From NCBI GenBank assembly GCA_963827685.1, contig CAWHBU010000001.1, positions 320,001 through 384,000 of the forward strand: a stretch of 64,000 nucleotides of DNA. Direction: 5' to 3'. The notes under the pieces were generated by a model, which had not been told where the DNA came from, made no database searches, and saw only the letters and a program-made list of their open reading frames with translations. Shown here in pieces: positions 22,329 to 30,975 of this stretch (the first letter of the stretch is position 1; the number at the start of each line of letters is the position of its first letter). This DNA is from an uncultured delta proteobacterium. Its GTDB lineage: Bacteria > Desulfobacterota > BSN033 > UBA1163. A program made the position numbers and the translations under genes.

Positions 22329-22500
22329 AGTGAAGCTCGCCGGCCATAGGGCGGGGCTTCACGGATAGCCAAGGCTTTCCAGCCTCGGCGAAAATGCTGG
22401 CGGGACAAGAATGTTCCGCCTATCGAAATTTGACTCACTGCATTCATCCCCGCCCCTGCCTACCGGAAGGCAGGTACAGGGCAGGACATTCTGCAGCATT
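22329..22500. mobile_element. transposase-less element resembling IS200/IS605 ends, in the putB leader
   Basis: First 36 bp match 61095-61130 at 32/36; GC hairpins at both ends; nested palindromes. Confidence 0.55.
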
Positions 22501-22519
22501 TTCGTAGAATGAAGCTCAA

Positions 22520-23422
22520 ATGAATCTGGCGAATCAATTTATTTTATCTGCCATTCAGCTTCTCCCGAAACCTCTGGTGAAGCGGTTTGCCCTGCGCTAC
22601 ATCGCTGGCGAAGAACTCGATGATGCAGTTCGTGTTGTAAAAGGTATCAATTCAAAAAAGATGATGGGAACGATGGATGTCCTCGGCGAAAATGTCTCAA
22701 CACGGGAAGAATCTCTGGCGGCTGTGAGAGAGTGTGAGGAAGTCCTTCATTCGATCAATAAAAATCATCTGGACGCAAATCTCTCTATTAAACTGACTCA
22801 ATTCGGACTTAAGATCGATGAGGAATTCTGCCATTCAAATGCAAGGCGTTTGCTTGAGATCGCCTCCGGATACAACAATTTTGTACGGATTGATATGGAA
22901 GATTCATCCACGACGAGTGCCACATTGAAATTATATGAAAGGCTGCGCTCCGAAGGGTTTGAAAACGTGGGAGTCGTCGTTCAAGCGAATATGCGGCGAA
23001 GTAAGGAGGATGTCCAAAAAGTGATCTCCATGAGGGCTAATATCAGGCTTTGTAAAGGAGCTTATATTGAACCAGATGCTATTGCCTTCAAAGGCAAAGA
23101 GGAAATCAGTCTTAATTATGTAAAGCTCTTAAAAATGCTTCTCGGCGGAAAGTGCTATGTCGGCATTGCGACCCATGACGATTTTCTGATAGACAGTGCC
23201 TATCGATACATTCAGGAGATGAATCTCCAAAAGTCCGACTACGAATTTCAGATGCTTTATGGTGTAAAGAGTAAGCTTCGCGATAAAATTGTTACGGATG
23301 GGCACCGGCTGCGTGTTTATGTTCCTTTTGGCCAATACTGGTATGCCTACTCGATTCGGCGATTTAAAGAAAATCCTCAGATTGCGTGGTACGTCTTTCA
23401 AGCAATCTTTTCTGGAGATTAA
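22520..23422 (+). CDS. putB: monofunctional proline dehydrogenase
   Basis: RYIAGE, DVLGE, RIDMED, RLCKGAY, ATHD, EFQMLYG, RVYVPFG. Confidence 0.93.
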   Translation: MNLANQFILSAIQLLPKPLVKRFALRYIAGEELDDAVRVVKGINSKKMMGTMDVLGENVSTREESLAAVRECEEVLHSINKNHLDANLSIKLTQFGLKIDEEFCHSNARRLLEIASGYNNFVRIDMEDSSTTSATLKLYERLRSEGFENVGVVVQANMRRSKEDVQKVISMRANIRLCKGAYIEPDAIAFKGKEEISLNYVKLLKMLLGGKCYVGIATHDDFLIDSAYRYIQEMNLQKSDYEFQMLYGVKSKLRDKIVTDGHRLRVYVPFGQYWYAYSIRRFKENPQIAWYVFQAIFSGD

Positions 23423-23428
23423 TTCTGT

Positions 23429-23650
23429 GTAACCCCTCAGTCTCGGGTGCGGTTGGATCGGGGTGGTTTCCCCTCCGAAACCTTGAAAAGCGGATCATTA
23501 GAGAGAGGGGGATCGGCGGGTGGTGCTGAAGGAGTCGTTTTAGGGGCATCTCTACCTTGGCTCATCGCTCAAATGTGCCGCTTCAAGTTTTCTCCGGAGA
23601 GACCACCCCGATCCTGGGCATAGGATCTCCGCCCATCACTGAGGGATTAC
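23429..23650. mobile_element. 222-bp MITE with GTAA ends and a near-perfect 8-bp target duplication
   Basis: GTAACCCCTCAGT...ACTGAGGGATTAC; flanks AATTCTGT and AATTCTGC; internal inverted repeat GGATCGGGGTGGT / ACCACCCCGATCC. Confidence 0.75.
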
Positions 23651-23717
23651 AATTCTGCTCAGTTTATCAGTTGACATCACCTTAGAAATTGTGGTATGAA
23701 AAATTAAAAATTGATCC

Positions 23718-23912
23718 GTGTTCAGGTGGCTTGAAGCCAAAAAGGGAACCCCCGTGAGAGTCGGGGACGGCCACGCCGCTGTAATCGGGTACGAAACTTG
23801 CCAGATCCACTATCCTTCGAGACTTCGGCATGAGCTCAGTCGAATGCCAAGCTTAGGATGGGAAGGGGCAAGAAGTAGGACGATCCGTAAGCCAGAAAAC
23901 CTGCCTGAATGC
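23718..23912 (+). ncRNA. cobalamin riboswitch
   Basis: AGGT..AAAAGGGAAcccccGTGAGAgtcgggg, GCCGCTGTAA, CCACT..GGGAAGG, B12 box AAGCCAGAAAACCTGCC; upstream of btu genes; TTGACA at 23671. Confidence 0.92.
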
Positions 23913-23962
23913 GCTTCACAATAGGTCTTCGGTGGAGGACTGTGAAGGGTGAGGTAGAAACA

Positions 23963-23997
23963 AACCCAGTCTTTCATGCAAAGGCTGGGTTTTTTAT
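23963..23997 (+). terminator. riboswitch-associated intrinsic terminator
   Basis: AACCCAGTCTTT-catgc-AAAGGCTGGGTT followed by a T run. Confidence 0.8.
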
Positions 23998-24010
23998 TGG
24001 AATTTTGAAT

Positions 24011-24916
24011 ATGACTGGAAATGCAACTCTGAAGATCGCTGCTTCTATCTCGTTGGGTATCCATCTCTTATTTATCGGGATCGCCTCAAGTTTATTCCAA
24101 AACCCCAAGATCCTTCAAATGGACACGCGTTATGTTAAGGTTACTCTTCTACCCTTGGTGACCGAGGAGAAACCCGGTGCCAAGATTATTCTTCCTATTC
24201 CCCTGAAAGTTGGAAATCAAGATCCCGGGGAACCCGTATTTGACCGCAAGGGGCTAAACCAGAATCCCCTTTCCCCTTCCAAATCTATGGCAAAAAATAT
24301 TCCTCTCGAAGAACCGAGAACATTTCCCCAGCAACGAGAAGAGGAGAGAGTATTAAAAGAACCCATTAGCGTTGCCATGGCTGTGGGACCGCTTTCTGAT
24401 GCATACCTTAACAAGGGGGCGGATGCGGTTTCTTCTAAAGAGGCCGCTACCAATGGGGAGAATCTTTCCGTGTCTTTACCCGCTTTCCGCTCCGGAGAAT
24501 TCGATGGGGGTACTTTTTCATACAGTAGCTTTGGAGATGGAAAGGGGGCAGGAACCGGGTCTGGGAATGGAAGCTCCAGTAAAGGAGGTTCTGGAAAAGG
24601 GGAAGGAATTTTTGGGAAAATTTTATCCTCCCGCAGAGGGGGTAATGGGACTCGGCCCGGATATGCTGAGAATCCGAAACCTATCTATCCGCAGGAAGCC
24701 AGGGAAAAGGGATATGAAGGGGAAGTGGTCTTGTGGGTGGAAGTCCTTATCAGTGGGCAGGTAGGGCAGATTGAAATAAAGAAGTCATCCGGTTATGAGT
24801 TGCTCGATCGCTCCGCCCTCACTGCAGTGAAACAGTGGAGATTCATTCCCGCAAAGAAGGATGAGGTTCCAATCCCTCTTTGGGTAAACATTCCTGTCAA
24901 GTTTCAACTCCAATGA
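24011..24916 (+). CDS. TonB family energy transducer
   Basis: TM helix with SLGIH, Gly-rich linker, PIYP..G.EGEV..SSGYELLDRSA..WRF.PA. Confidence 0.9.
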   Translation: MTGNATLKIAASISLGIHLLFIGIASSLFQNPKILQMDTRYVKVTLLPLVTEEKPGAKIILPIPLKVGNQDPGEPVFDRKGLNQNPLSPSKSMAKNIPLEEPRTFPQQREEERVLKEPISVAMAVGPLSDAYLNKGADAVSSKEAATNGENLSVSLPAFRSGEFDGGTFSYSSFGDGKGAGTGSGNGSSSKGGSGKGEGIFGKILSSRRGGNGTRPGYAENPKPIYPQEAREKGYEGEVVLWVEVLISGQVGQIEIKKSSGYELLDRSALTAVKQWRFIPAKKDEVPIPLWVNIPVKFQLQ

Positions 24917-25992
24917 TCTATTCATCAAAGAAAATAGGCATTAAAGACGGAAAGCTTAAGAACCTCCCCTCCCCTGGCGGGAGGGGATTAAGGGAAGGGA
25001 GAAGGAATAGGTGGGATGTCACCCTCACCCCAGCCCTCTCCCGCTTGCGGGCCGAACCCTTCAGCGGGCAGGCCCGTCAAGGGAGAGGGGAAAAGAAATT
25101 CTTTTTGGTGCTTTTGTTGTTCACCTTCATTTTGGCATCTAGTTCCCATTCCGCCGACTTAAATGTTAAAGATGAAGTAGGAAGAGAAGTGGCCTTCCCT
25201 TTTCCTCCAAAAAGGATTGTTTCCTTGGCTCCCAATATCACCGAAATCCTTTTCAGCCTTGGACTCGATGAAGAGATCGTGGGGGTCTCCATTCACTGTA
25301 ATTTTCCTGCAAAGGCCAAGAGCAAAGTTCGAGTAGGAAGCTATATCAGTCTCGATTTCGAAAAGATCGCCTCCCTCAACCCTGATTTGATCATTGCCAC
25401 GGCAGCTGGAAATACCCGGGACATGGTGGATCGCTTAGGGAAATTGGGGTTTCAGACTTATGTCATCTATCCAAAGAACTTTAATGATATCCTCCAAAGC
25501 ATCGCTCATATCAGTCAGGTCGTGAACCGGGAAAAAGAGGCGAGGGTGATCATCGAGGGAATGAGAAAGAGAAGCCAGAGAATAGTTGAACTCACAAACG
25601 GCCTTCCACGACCTAAGGTTTTTATCCAAATCGGAGATGCCCCCATTGTGACGGTAGGAAAAGGGAGTTTTGCAGATGACCTTATCCGGCTTGCCGGGGG
25701 TGAAAATATTGCAGGGAAAGAGGAAGAGGTATATCCTCGATTTGGAATGGAGGAAATTTTAAAAAGATCTCCAGAGGTGATCGTCATCAGTTCCATGAAT
25801 CCAAGAGGGGATTATCAGAGGATTATTCAGGAATGGACTCGTTGGAAGAGCATCCCAGCCGTAAAGAATGGCCGCATTCACCTCATTGACTCAGACTTGC
25901 TCGATCGGCCATCACCGCGCATCATCGACGGATTGGAGGAGCTCGCAAGAGTTCTCCATCCTGGAAAATTTAGAAGAACAGTGCAAAATTAG
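24913..25992 (+). CDS. btuF: cobalamin ABC transporter substrate-binding protein (start uncertain)
   Basis: RIVSLAPNITEILF, EKIASLNPDL, RPSPR; ATG overlaps the tonB stop. Confidence 0.88.
   Translation: MIYSSKKIGIKDGKLKNLPSPGGRGLREGRRNRWDVTLTPALSRLRAEPFSGQARQGRGEKKFFLVLLLFTFILASSSHSADLNVKDEVGREVAFPFPPKRIVSLAPNITEILFSLGLDEEIVGVSIHCNFPAKAKSKVRVGSYISLDFEKIASLNPDLIIATAAGNTRDMVDRLGKLGFQTYVIYPKNFNDILQSIAHISQVVNREKEARVIIEGMRKRSQRIVELTNGLPRPKVFIQIGDAPIVTVGKGSFADDLIRLAGGENIAGKEEEVYPRFGMEEILKRSPEVIVISSMNPRGDYQRIIQEWTRWKSIPAVKNGRIHLIDSDLLDRPSPRIIDGLEELARVLHPGKFRRTVQN
24966..25090. repeat. CCCTCTCCC-type REP pair with a nested insert, inside the btuF 5' region
   Basis: cccctcccctggcgggagggg..agggaaggg / ccctcaccccagccctctccc..gggagagggg; related hairpins at about 30910, 40205 and 50100. 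Confidence 0.7.
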
Positions 25993-26047
25993 CATTGAAA
26001 AACTATCAGTGATCATTGTTAATTGATAATTTTTCGTTTTCCAATGA
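25981..26047. repeat. short heptamer-type foldback at the btuF/btuC junction
   Basis: gtgcaaaattagcattgaaaa ... ttaattgataatttttcgttttccaatg. Confidence 0.45.
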
Positions 26048-26054
26048 GATTCAG

Positions 26055-27086
26055 ATGAAGACTGTTACTCTAAAAAGAGTCCTGACCATTTCAATTCTCC
26101 TCAGCCTCCTCCTCATCTTGATTATCCTCATGTCCGTCACCATGGGAAGCGTAAAGATTCCACCCCTTCGTTCCATCCGTATTCTCTTCCAGTGCATTCT
26201 GGGTCTGAGGGGAGCTGGGAGCGAGACGGAGCGGACGATCATTCTTTCTCTCAGACTTCCCCGAGCTATTTTGGCAGGTCTCGTGGGAGCAGGTCTTTCT
26301 GTTTCAGGGGCTACGTTCCAGGCTCTCCTGAAAAATCCTCTGGCCGATCCTTATATTCTCGGAGTCTCCAGTGGTGCAGCCGTAGGCGCGATTATTGCCA
26401 TTCTCTTGGGGCTCAGCACCTTTTCCTTTGGCCTCCCTCTGGCTTCCTTCTTGGGAGCGCTCCTGACCATCCTCGTTGTCTTCTATTTCGGAAGACAGGA
26501 TGGAAGGATTCATCCGAATACGCTTTTGTTGGCGGGGGTCATCATCGGTTCTTTTCTCTCAGCCCTCATCATGTTTTTCATCTCTGTCTCCCAAAGAGAA
26601 GAACTTCATACGATCATCTTCTGGTTGATGGGAGACTTCAGTTTTTCCAACGCTCGGGCGATTCTAATCATCTTTCCTTATATTCTATTGGGCGTCTTCT
26701 TTCTTTATCTCCGCTCTCGTCATTTGAACCTCATCCTTTCCGGGGAAGAGAACGCTGTCCAGTTGGGGGTGGATGTGGAGAGGTTGAAACTGGTTTCCTA
26801 TCTTTCTGCTTCTTTGATCACTGCAGCATCGGTCTCCGTATGCGGTCTGATCGGTTTCGTGGGCCTGATCATCCCACATTCTGTTCGGCTGATCTTTGGC
26901 CCTGACCATCGTCTCCTCATCCCTTCCACAGCACTGCTTGGGGCTTCGTTTCTCATTGCTTCCGATACCTTTGCAAGAACCTTGCTCGCTCCTGTTGAAT
27001 TGCCCGTGGGCGTGATCACGGCCGCCTTTGGAGGTCCTTTCTTTATCTACCTTCTAAGGACGAGAAAGGCGATCAAAACATTATGA
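26055..27086 (+). CDS. btuC: FecCD/BtuC family permease
   Basis: LRLPR, NPLADPYILGVSSGA, GLIGFVGLIIPH, ELPVG. Confidence 0.9.
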   Translation: MKTVTLKRVLTISILLSLLLILIILMSVTMGSVKIPPLRSIRILFQCILGLRGAGSETERTIILSLRLPRAILAGLVGAGLSVSGATFQALLKNPLADPYILGVSSGAAVGAIIAILLGLSTFSFGLPLASFLGALLTILVVFYFGRQDGRIHPNTLLLAGVIIGSFLSALIMFFISVSQREELHTIIFWLMGDFSFSNARAILIIFPYILLGVFFLYLRSRHLNLILSGEENAVQLGVDVERLKLVSYLSASLITAASVSVCGLIGFVGLIIPHSVRLIFGPDHRLLIPSTALLGASFLIASDTFARTLLAPVELPVGVITAAFGGPFFIYLLRTRKAIKTL

Positions 27087-27880
27087 TTGAAGTCAATTCC
27101 ATCTCCTTCCGTTATCATGAAGATTGGGTGCTCCAGGATGTCTCTTTTCAACTGGAGAGGGGAGAGTTCGTTGGAGTGATCGGACCCAATGGATCAGGGA
27201 AGACGACACTCCTGAAGATCCTCTATCGTCTTCTTATACCCCAGAAGGGAGAGATTCTCTTTGAACTTGTCCCCATGAAGAGGATGGATCGAGCTGATAT
27301 CGCCAAAAGGATTGCTGTGGTGGCACAAGAGGCTCAACTTCTCTTTCCTTTCAGTGTGTTTGAAACGGTCCTGATGGGAAGATCTCCTTATCTTGGGCAT
27401 TTAATGTTTGAAAGCGAAAAGGATTTGGAAATTGCGAAAAAAGCGATGGGGTGGACGAAGATCCTTCCGTTTTCTGAAAGGCCCATGGACGAACTCTCCG
27501 GCGGAGAAAGGAAGAGGGTCTTCATCGCCAGGGCTTTGGCTCAGGAACCGGAGGTTATTCTTCTGGATGAACCCACTGCCAACTTAGACATCCAGCACCA
27601 GATCGATTTTCTCGATCTCATCCTCACTCTCAACCGGGAGAGAGGGTTGACCATTATCATGGCCTCTCACGATATGAACATTGCCTCTGAATTTTGTGAT
27701 CGGCTTATTCTTCTTCGGGAAGGAAGGATTTATAAAATGGGGACCCCTGAGGAGGTCATCACCCAGGAGAATATTGAATTGGTATATGGTTGCGAGGCAT
27801 GGATAGACCAAAATCCTGTCTCAGGAATGCCCCGGATCAGTCTCATAAAAAAGGGGGGATTAACTAAGAGGTTACATTGA
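27083..27880 (+). CDS. btuD: ABC transporter ATP-binding subunit
   Basis: GPNGSGKT, LSGGE, LLDEPT. Confidence 0.88.
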   Translation: MIEVNSISFRYHEDWVLQDVSFQLERGEFVGVIGPNGSGKTTLLKILYRLLIPQKGEILFELVPMKRMDRADIAKRIAVVAQEAQLLFPFSVFETVLMGRSPYLGHLMFESEKDLEIAKKAMGWTKILPFSERPMDELSGGERKRVFIARALAQEPEVILLDEPTANLDIQHQIDFLDLILTLNRERGLTIIMASHDMNIASEFCDRLILLREGRIYKMGTPEEVITQENIELVYGCEAWIDQNPVSGMPRISLIKKGGLTKRLH

Positions 27881-28076
27881 AAAGATAGTTGAATGTGCTT
27901 CCAAACCTTTACCAAGCGGTTCTTTACATTGTTTTATGGGTAACATACAATGTCGCCTGAAGTGACGTTTGGAATGTGTCTGGAAATGAAGCAGAGAAAC
28001 GTTCAGCGGTTCCGCTGTAAAGCTTTGGCGATAAATCGCCCGGAGCTGTAATTGTCTTTTTTATAAAAAATACCTG

Positions 28077-28603
28077 TTGAATACCGCCTAGCTCTGCTGG
28101 GCGGATGAAAACAGGTTCGCGAAGCGATAAGACATGGTATAAGTACTGCATGAGCTCGATAAAAAGAACAAGCCATGCGGTCTACGATTTGAAATATCAT
28201 ATGGTATGGGTTCCCAAATATCGGAAGATGATATTGGGAGGTGAGTTGGCAAAAAGGCTTAAGATGAGTTTTGAGCAAATATCGGAGAGGTACGAGTTTG
28301 AGATAGATACGATGGAGGTAAAGGATGATCATGTTCATTTATTTTTGTCTGCCCCTCCTCGGTATTGTCCGGCAGAGATTGTGCAGATCATAAAGAGTAT
28401 CTCGGCGAAAATGGTGTTCAAGCAGTTTCCAGAGGTGAAGAAAGAGCTTTGGGGTGGAGAGTTTTGGAGTGATGGGTATTTTGTTCGGTCTGTTGGAGAC
28501 AAAGTTACCTCTGAAGTCATACGTCGCTATATAAAGTATCAGCAACAGGAGCAATTAAGTTTTGAATTTTAATGCCCCGCAGCTCTGCTGCGGGGTTCTT
28601 TAC
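28077..28603 (+). mobile_element. IS200-type insertion sequence (tnpA only; ends approximate)
   Basis: Subterminal hairpins CCGCCTAGC-tct-GCTGGGCGG (28084-28104) and CCCCGCAGC-tct-GCTGCGGGG (28575-28595) flank tnpA. Confidence 0.88.
28150..28572 (+). CDS. tnpA: IS200/IS605 HUH transposase
   Basis: YHMVWVPKYR, DHVHL, FWSDGYF, YIKYQ. Confidence 0.95.
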   Translation: MSSIKRTSHAVYDLKYHMVWVPKYRKMILGGELAKRLKMSFEQISERYEFEIDTMEVKDDHVHLFLSAPPRYCPAEIVQIIKSISAKMVFKQFPEVKKELWGGEFWSDGYFVRSVGDKVTSEVIRRYIKYQQQEQLSFEF

Positions 28604-28671
28604 TTTTTTGCCGGCTCAGCACACCCAACTATCTTTTGGAATGTCTTTTACGCAAATAGGGAGTTAAGAGG

Positions 28672-29877
28672 ATGAAACTTTGGGAAGAGATTGAAGTTGC
28701 GCAGAAAAAGATTCAAAAGGCCATCCTCCGAACTCCGATGATCTATTCAGATACCTTCTCAAGGCTGACAGGCAAAGAGGTCTTTCTCAAACTTGAAAAT
28801 CTTCAGAAGACCGGCTCTTTCAAAATCAGAGGGGCCTACTATAAATTGTCCCAACTCACTCCTTTGATTAAAAAAAGGGGAGTGGTGGCTGCCTCCGCAG
28901 GAAACCATGCCCAGGGGGTTGCACTGGCTTCTTCCATTTTAGGGGTCCATTCGACCATTGTCATGCCCGAGGGAGTTTCTCTTGCCAAACAAATGGCTAC
29001 TCAGGCATACGGCGGAGAGGTTGTCCTTTTTGGTCAAAATACAGATGAAGCCCTCCGTTATGCCAGGCAGCTAACGGAGGGTGATAAATTCTTTATCCAT
29101 CCTTTTGACGACGAACAGGTGATCGCTGGCCAGGGGACGATCGGGCTCGAAATTTTGAAGGAAGTTCCAGGAACGGAGGCTATCATTGTCCCAATAGGGG
29201 GCGGGGGGCTGATCTCAGGAATTGCTGCGATTGTAAAGAAGAGAAGACCTGATGTGAAGATTATCGGCGTTCAGTCTATTCATGCCGCTTCTGCCTTTTA
29301 TTCCTTGAAGAGAAAAAAGATTGTGGAGGTGAAGGTAAAACCAACATTAGCCGATGGGATTGCCCTCCAAAGGGTGGGGGAGATCACCTTTCCCCTGATC
29401 CAGAAAGGAGTGGAAGAGATTGTCACGGTGGAAGAGAATGAAATCGCCTCAGCCATCCTCCTCTTGATGGAGAGAAAACGTATCGTGGTAGAAGGTGCGG
29501 GAGCCACCCCATTGGCTGCGCTCCTTTCGAAAAGTTTGAAGACCAGGTTGAAGAAGATCGTCCTGGTCATCAGCGGAGGCAACATTGATTTTCACCTCCT
29601 CGACCGGATCATCGAGAAAGGCCTTGCACAAACAGGAAAGCTCGTCCGGATGAGTATCCTCTTAAGAGATGTTCCAGGAGCTCTGGCAAAACTCTCGGCT
29701 CTGGTCGCCGAACACCGGGCCAACATCCTTCATATCATCCACGAGCGGGCAGCTAAAGATATCCCGATTGGATTCTCAAAAGTAATTTTGGTTTTGGAGA
29801 CGCGCGGTTCAGACCATATCCGGGAGATTCAGCAGGGGTTTAGAGCGAAGGGGTATTCTCTCCAGATATTGAGTTAG
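28672..29877 (+). CDS. ilvA: threonine ammonia-lyase with a C-terminal ACT domain
   Basis: TGSFKIRGA, SAGNHAQG, PIGGGGL, SGGN. Confidence 0.92.
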   Translation: MKLWEEIEVAQKKIQKAILRTPMIYSDTFSRLTGKEVFLKLENLQKTGSFKIRGAYYKLSQLTPLIKKRGVVAASAGNHAQGVALASSILGVHSTIVMPEGVSLAKQMATQAYGGEVVLFGQNTDEALRYARQLTEGDKFFIHPFDDEQVIAGQGTIGLEILKEVPGTEAIIVPIGGGGLISGIAAIVKKRRPDVKIIGVQSIHAASAFYSLKRKKIVEVKVKPTLADGIALQRVGEITFPLIQKGVEEIVTVEENEIASAILLLMERKRIVVEGAGATPLAALLSKSLKTRLKKIVLVISGGNIDFHLLDRIIEKGLAQTGKLVRMSILLRDVPGALAKLSALVAEHRANILHIIHERAAKDIPIGFSKVILVLETRGSDHIREIQQGFRAKGYSLQILS

Positions 29878-29981
29878 CTTAAACTTTGAAAAAGATAAAC
29901 TGACAGGTGTGCTGAAAAAGCTTTACAGATTCTTTGTTTAATTGTAGGATGGTTTGTAGATCGAGAAGAGAGGAGTAATGC

Positions 29982-30908
29982 ATGCCTGAAGGGGAACATA
30001 CTTTAGCGGTCTTCATCGATTTTGAGAACCTTGCCCTGGGTTTCAGAGGCAAGAGGGATAGACGATTTGAGATCCGGAAGGTATTAGAGCGCCTGGTTGA
30101 GAAAGGGAAGCTCATCGTGAAAAAAGCCTATGCAGACTGGGCCGATTATGCAGAGTATAAGAAGCCCCTTCATGAGGCGGCCATTGAGCTGATCGAGATT
30201 CCAAAGCGTGCGATGACCGGAAAGAACTCCGCAGATATCCGACTTTGTGTGGATGCTCTCGACCTCTGTTATTCCAAAGAACACATCGACACCTTTGTTA
30301 TTGTTTCAGGCGACAGCGACTTCTCCCCCCTCGTCTCTAAGTTGAAGGAGAATGGCAAGCGGGTGATCGGACTTGGGATGAAGGAGTCGAGTTCCAACCT
30401 TTTGGTCGATAATTGTGACGAGTTTATTTACTATGAAGACTTAGAACGACCCTTGGGCATTCCGCCCAAGATCGAGCAGGATCTCCCCGAGAAGAAGAAA
30501 GAGGCTTTTCAACTTCTGGTGGACTCCGTGGTAGCCCTCGTCCGTGAGAATAAGGAAGTGCTCTGGTCCTCGATGGTGAAAGAGACGATGAAGCGAAAGA
30601 AACCCTCTTTCAATGAATCTTATCATGGCTACCGTACCTTCAGTGATCTCCTTGAAGATGCCGAAAAAGAAGGGATCATTCAGCTAAGAACCGATACCCG
30701 GAGCGGGACTTATGTCATCGTCGGATTTGGGAAGGATCAGAAAAAGGATGTTGCAGAAGAATTAAAGGAATCAAAAGAACAGAAAGAACGGAAACCCTCA
30801 AAACCTCGCTGGCGTTCACGCCCAAGGAAACCAAAACCCAAAACACCTTCACCGCCGCCTGAACCTCCGGATGTTCCTAATGCTTCGGAAACAGAGCCGA
30901 TCGTATAA
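29982..30908 (+). CDS. NYN (LabA/DUF88) nuclease with OST-HTH/LOTUS domain and a Lys/Pro-rich tail
   Basis: FIDFEN, KNSADI, SGDSDF, FNESYHGYRTFSDLL. Confidence 0.88.
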   Translation: MPEGEHTLAVFIDFENLALGFRGKRDRRFEIRKVLERLVEKGKLIVKKAYADWADYAEYKKPLHEAAIELIEIPKRAMTGKNSADIRLCVDALDLCYSKEHIDTFVIVSGDSDFSPLVSKLKENGKRVIGLGMKESSSNLLVDNCDEFIYYEDLERPLGIPPKIEQDLPEKKKEAFQLLVDSVVALVRENKEVLWSSMVKETMKRKKPSFNESYHGYRTFSDLLEDAEKEGIIQLRTDTRSGTYVIVGFGKDQKKDVAEELKESKEQKERKPSKPRWRSRPRKPKPKTPSPPPEPPDVPNASETEPIV

Positions 30909-30975
30909 CTCCCCCTCTCCCTCCTTTAGAAAGGGGAGGCGCCGTCGTCCAAAGTCAGACTATGGCGCCGGACAG

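Noticed and set aside
27890-28075. attC-like or ncRNA element before the IS200
   Set aside because: No convincing complementary core sites, no integrase and no second copy
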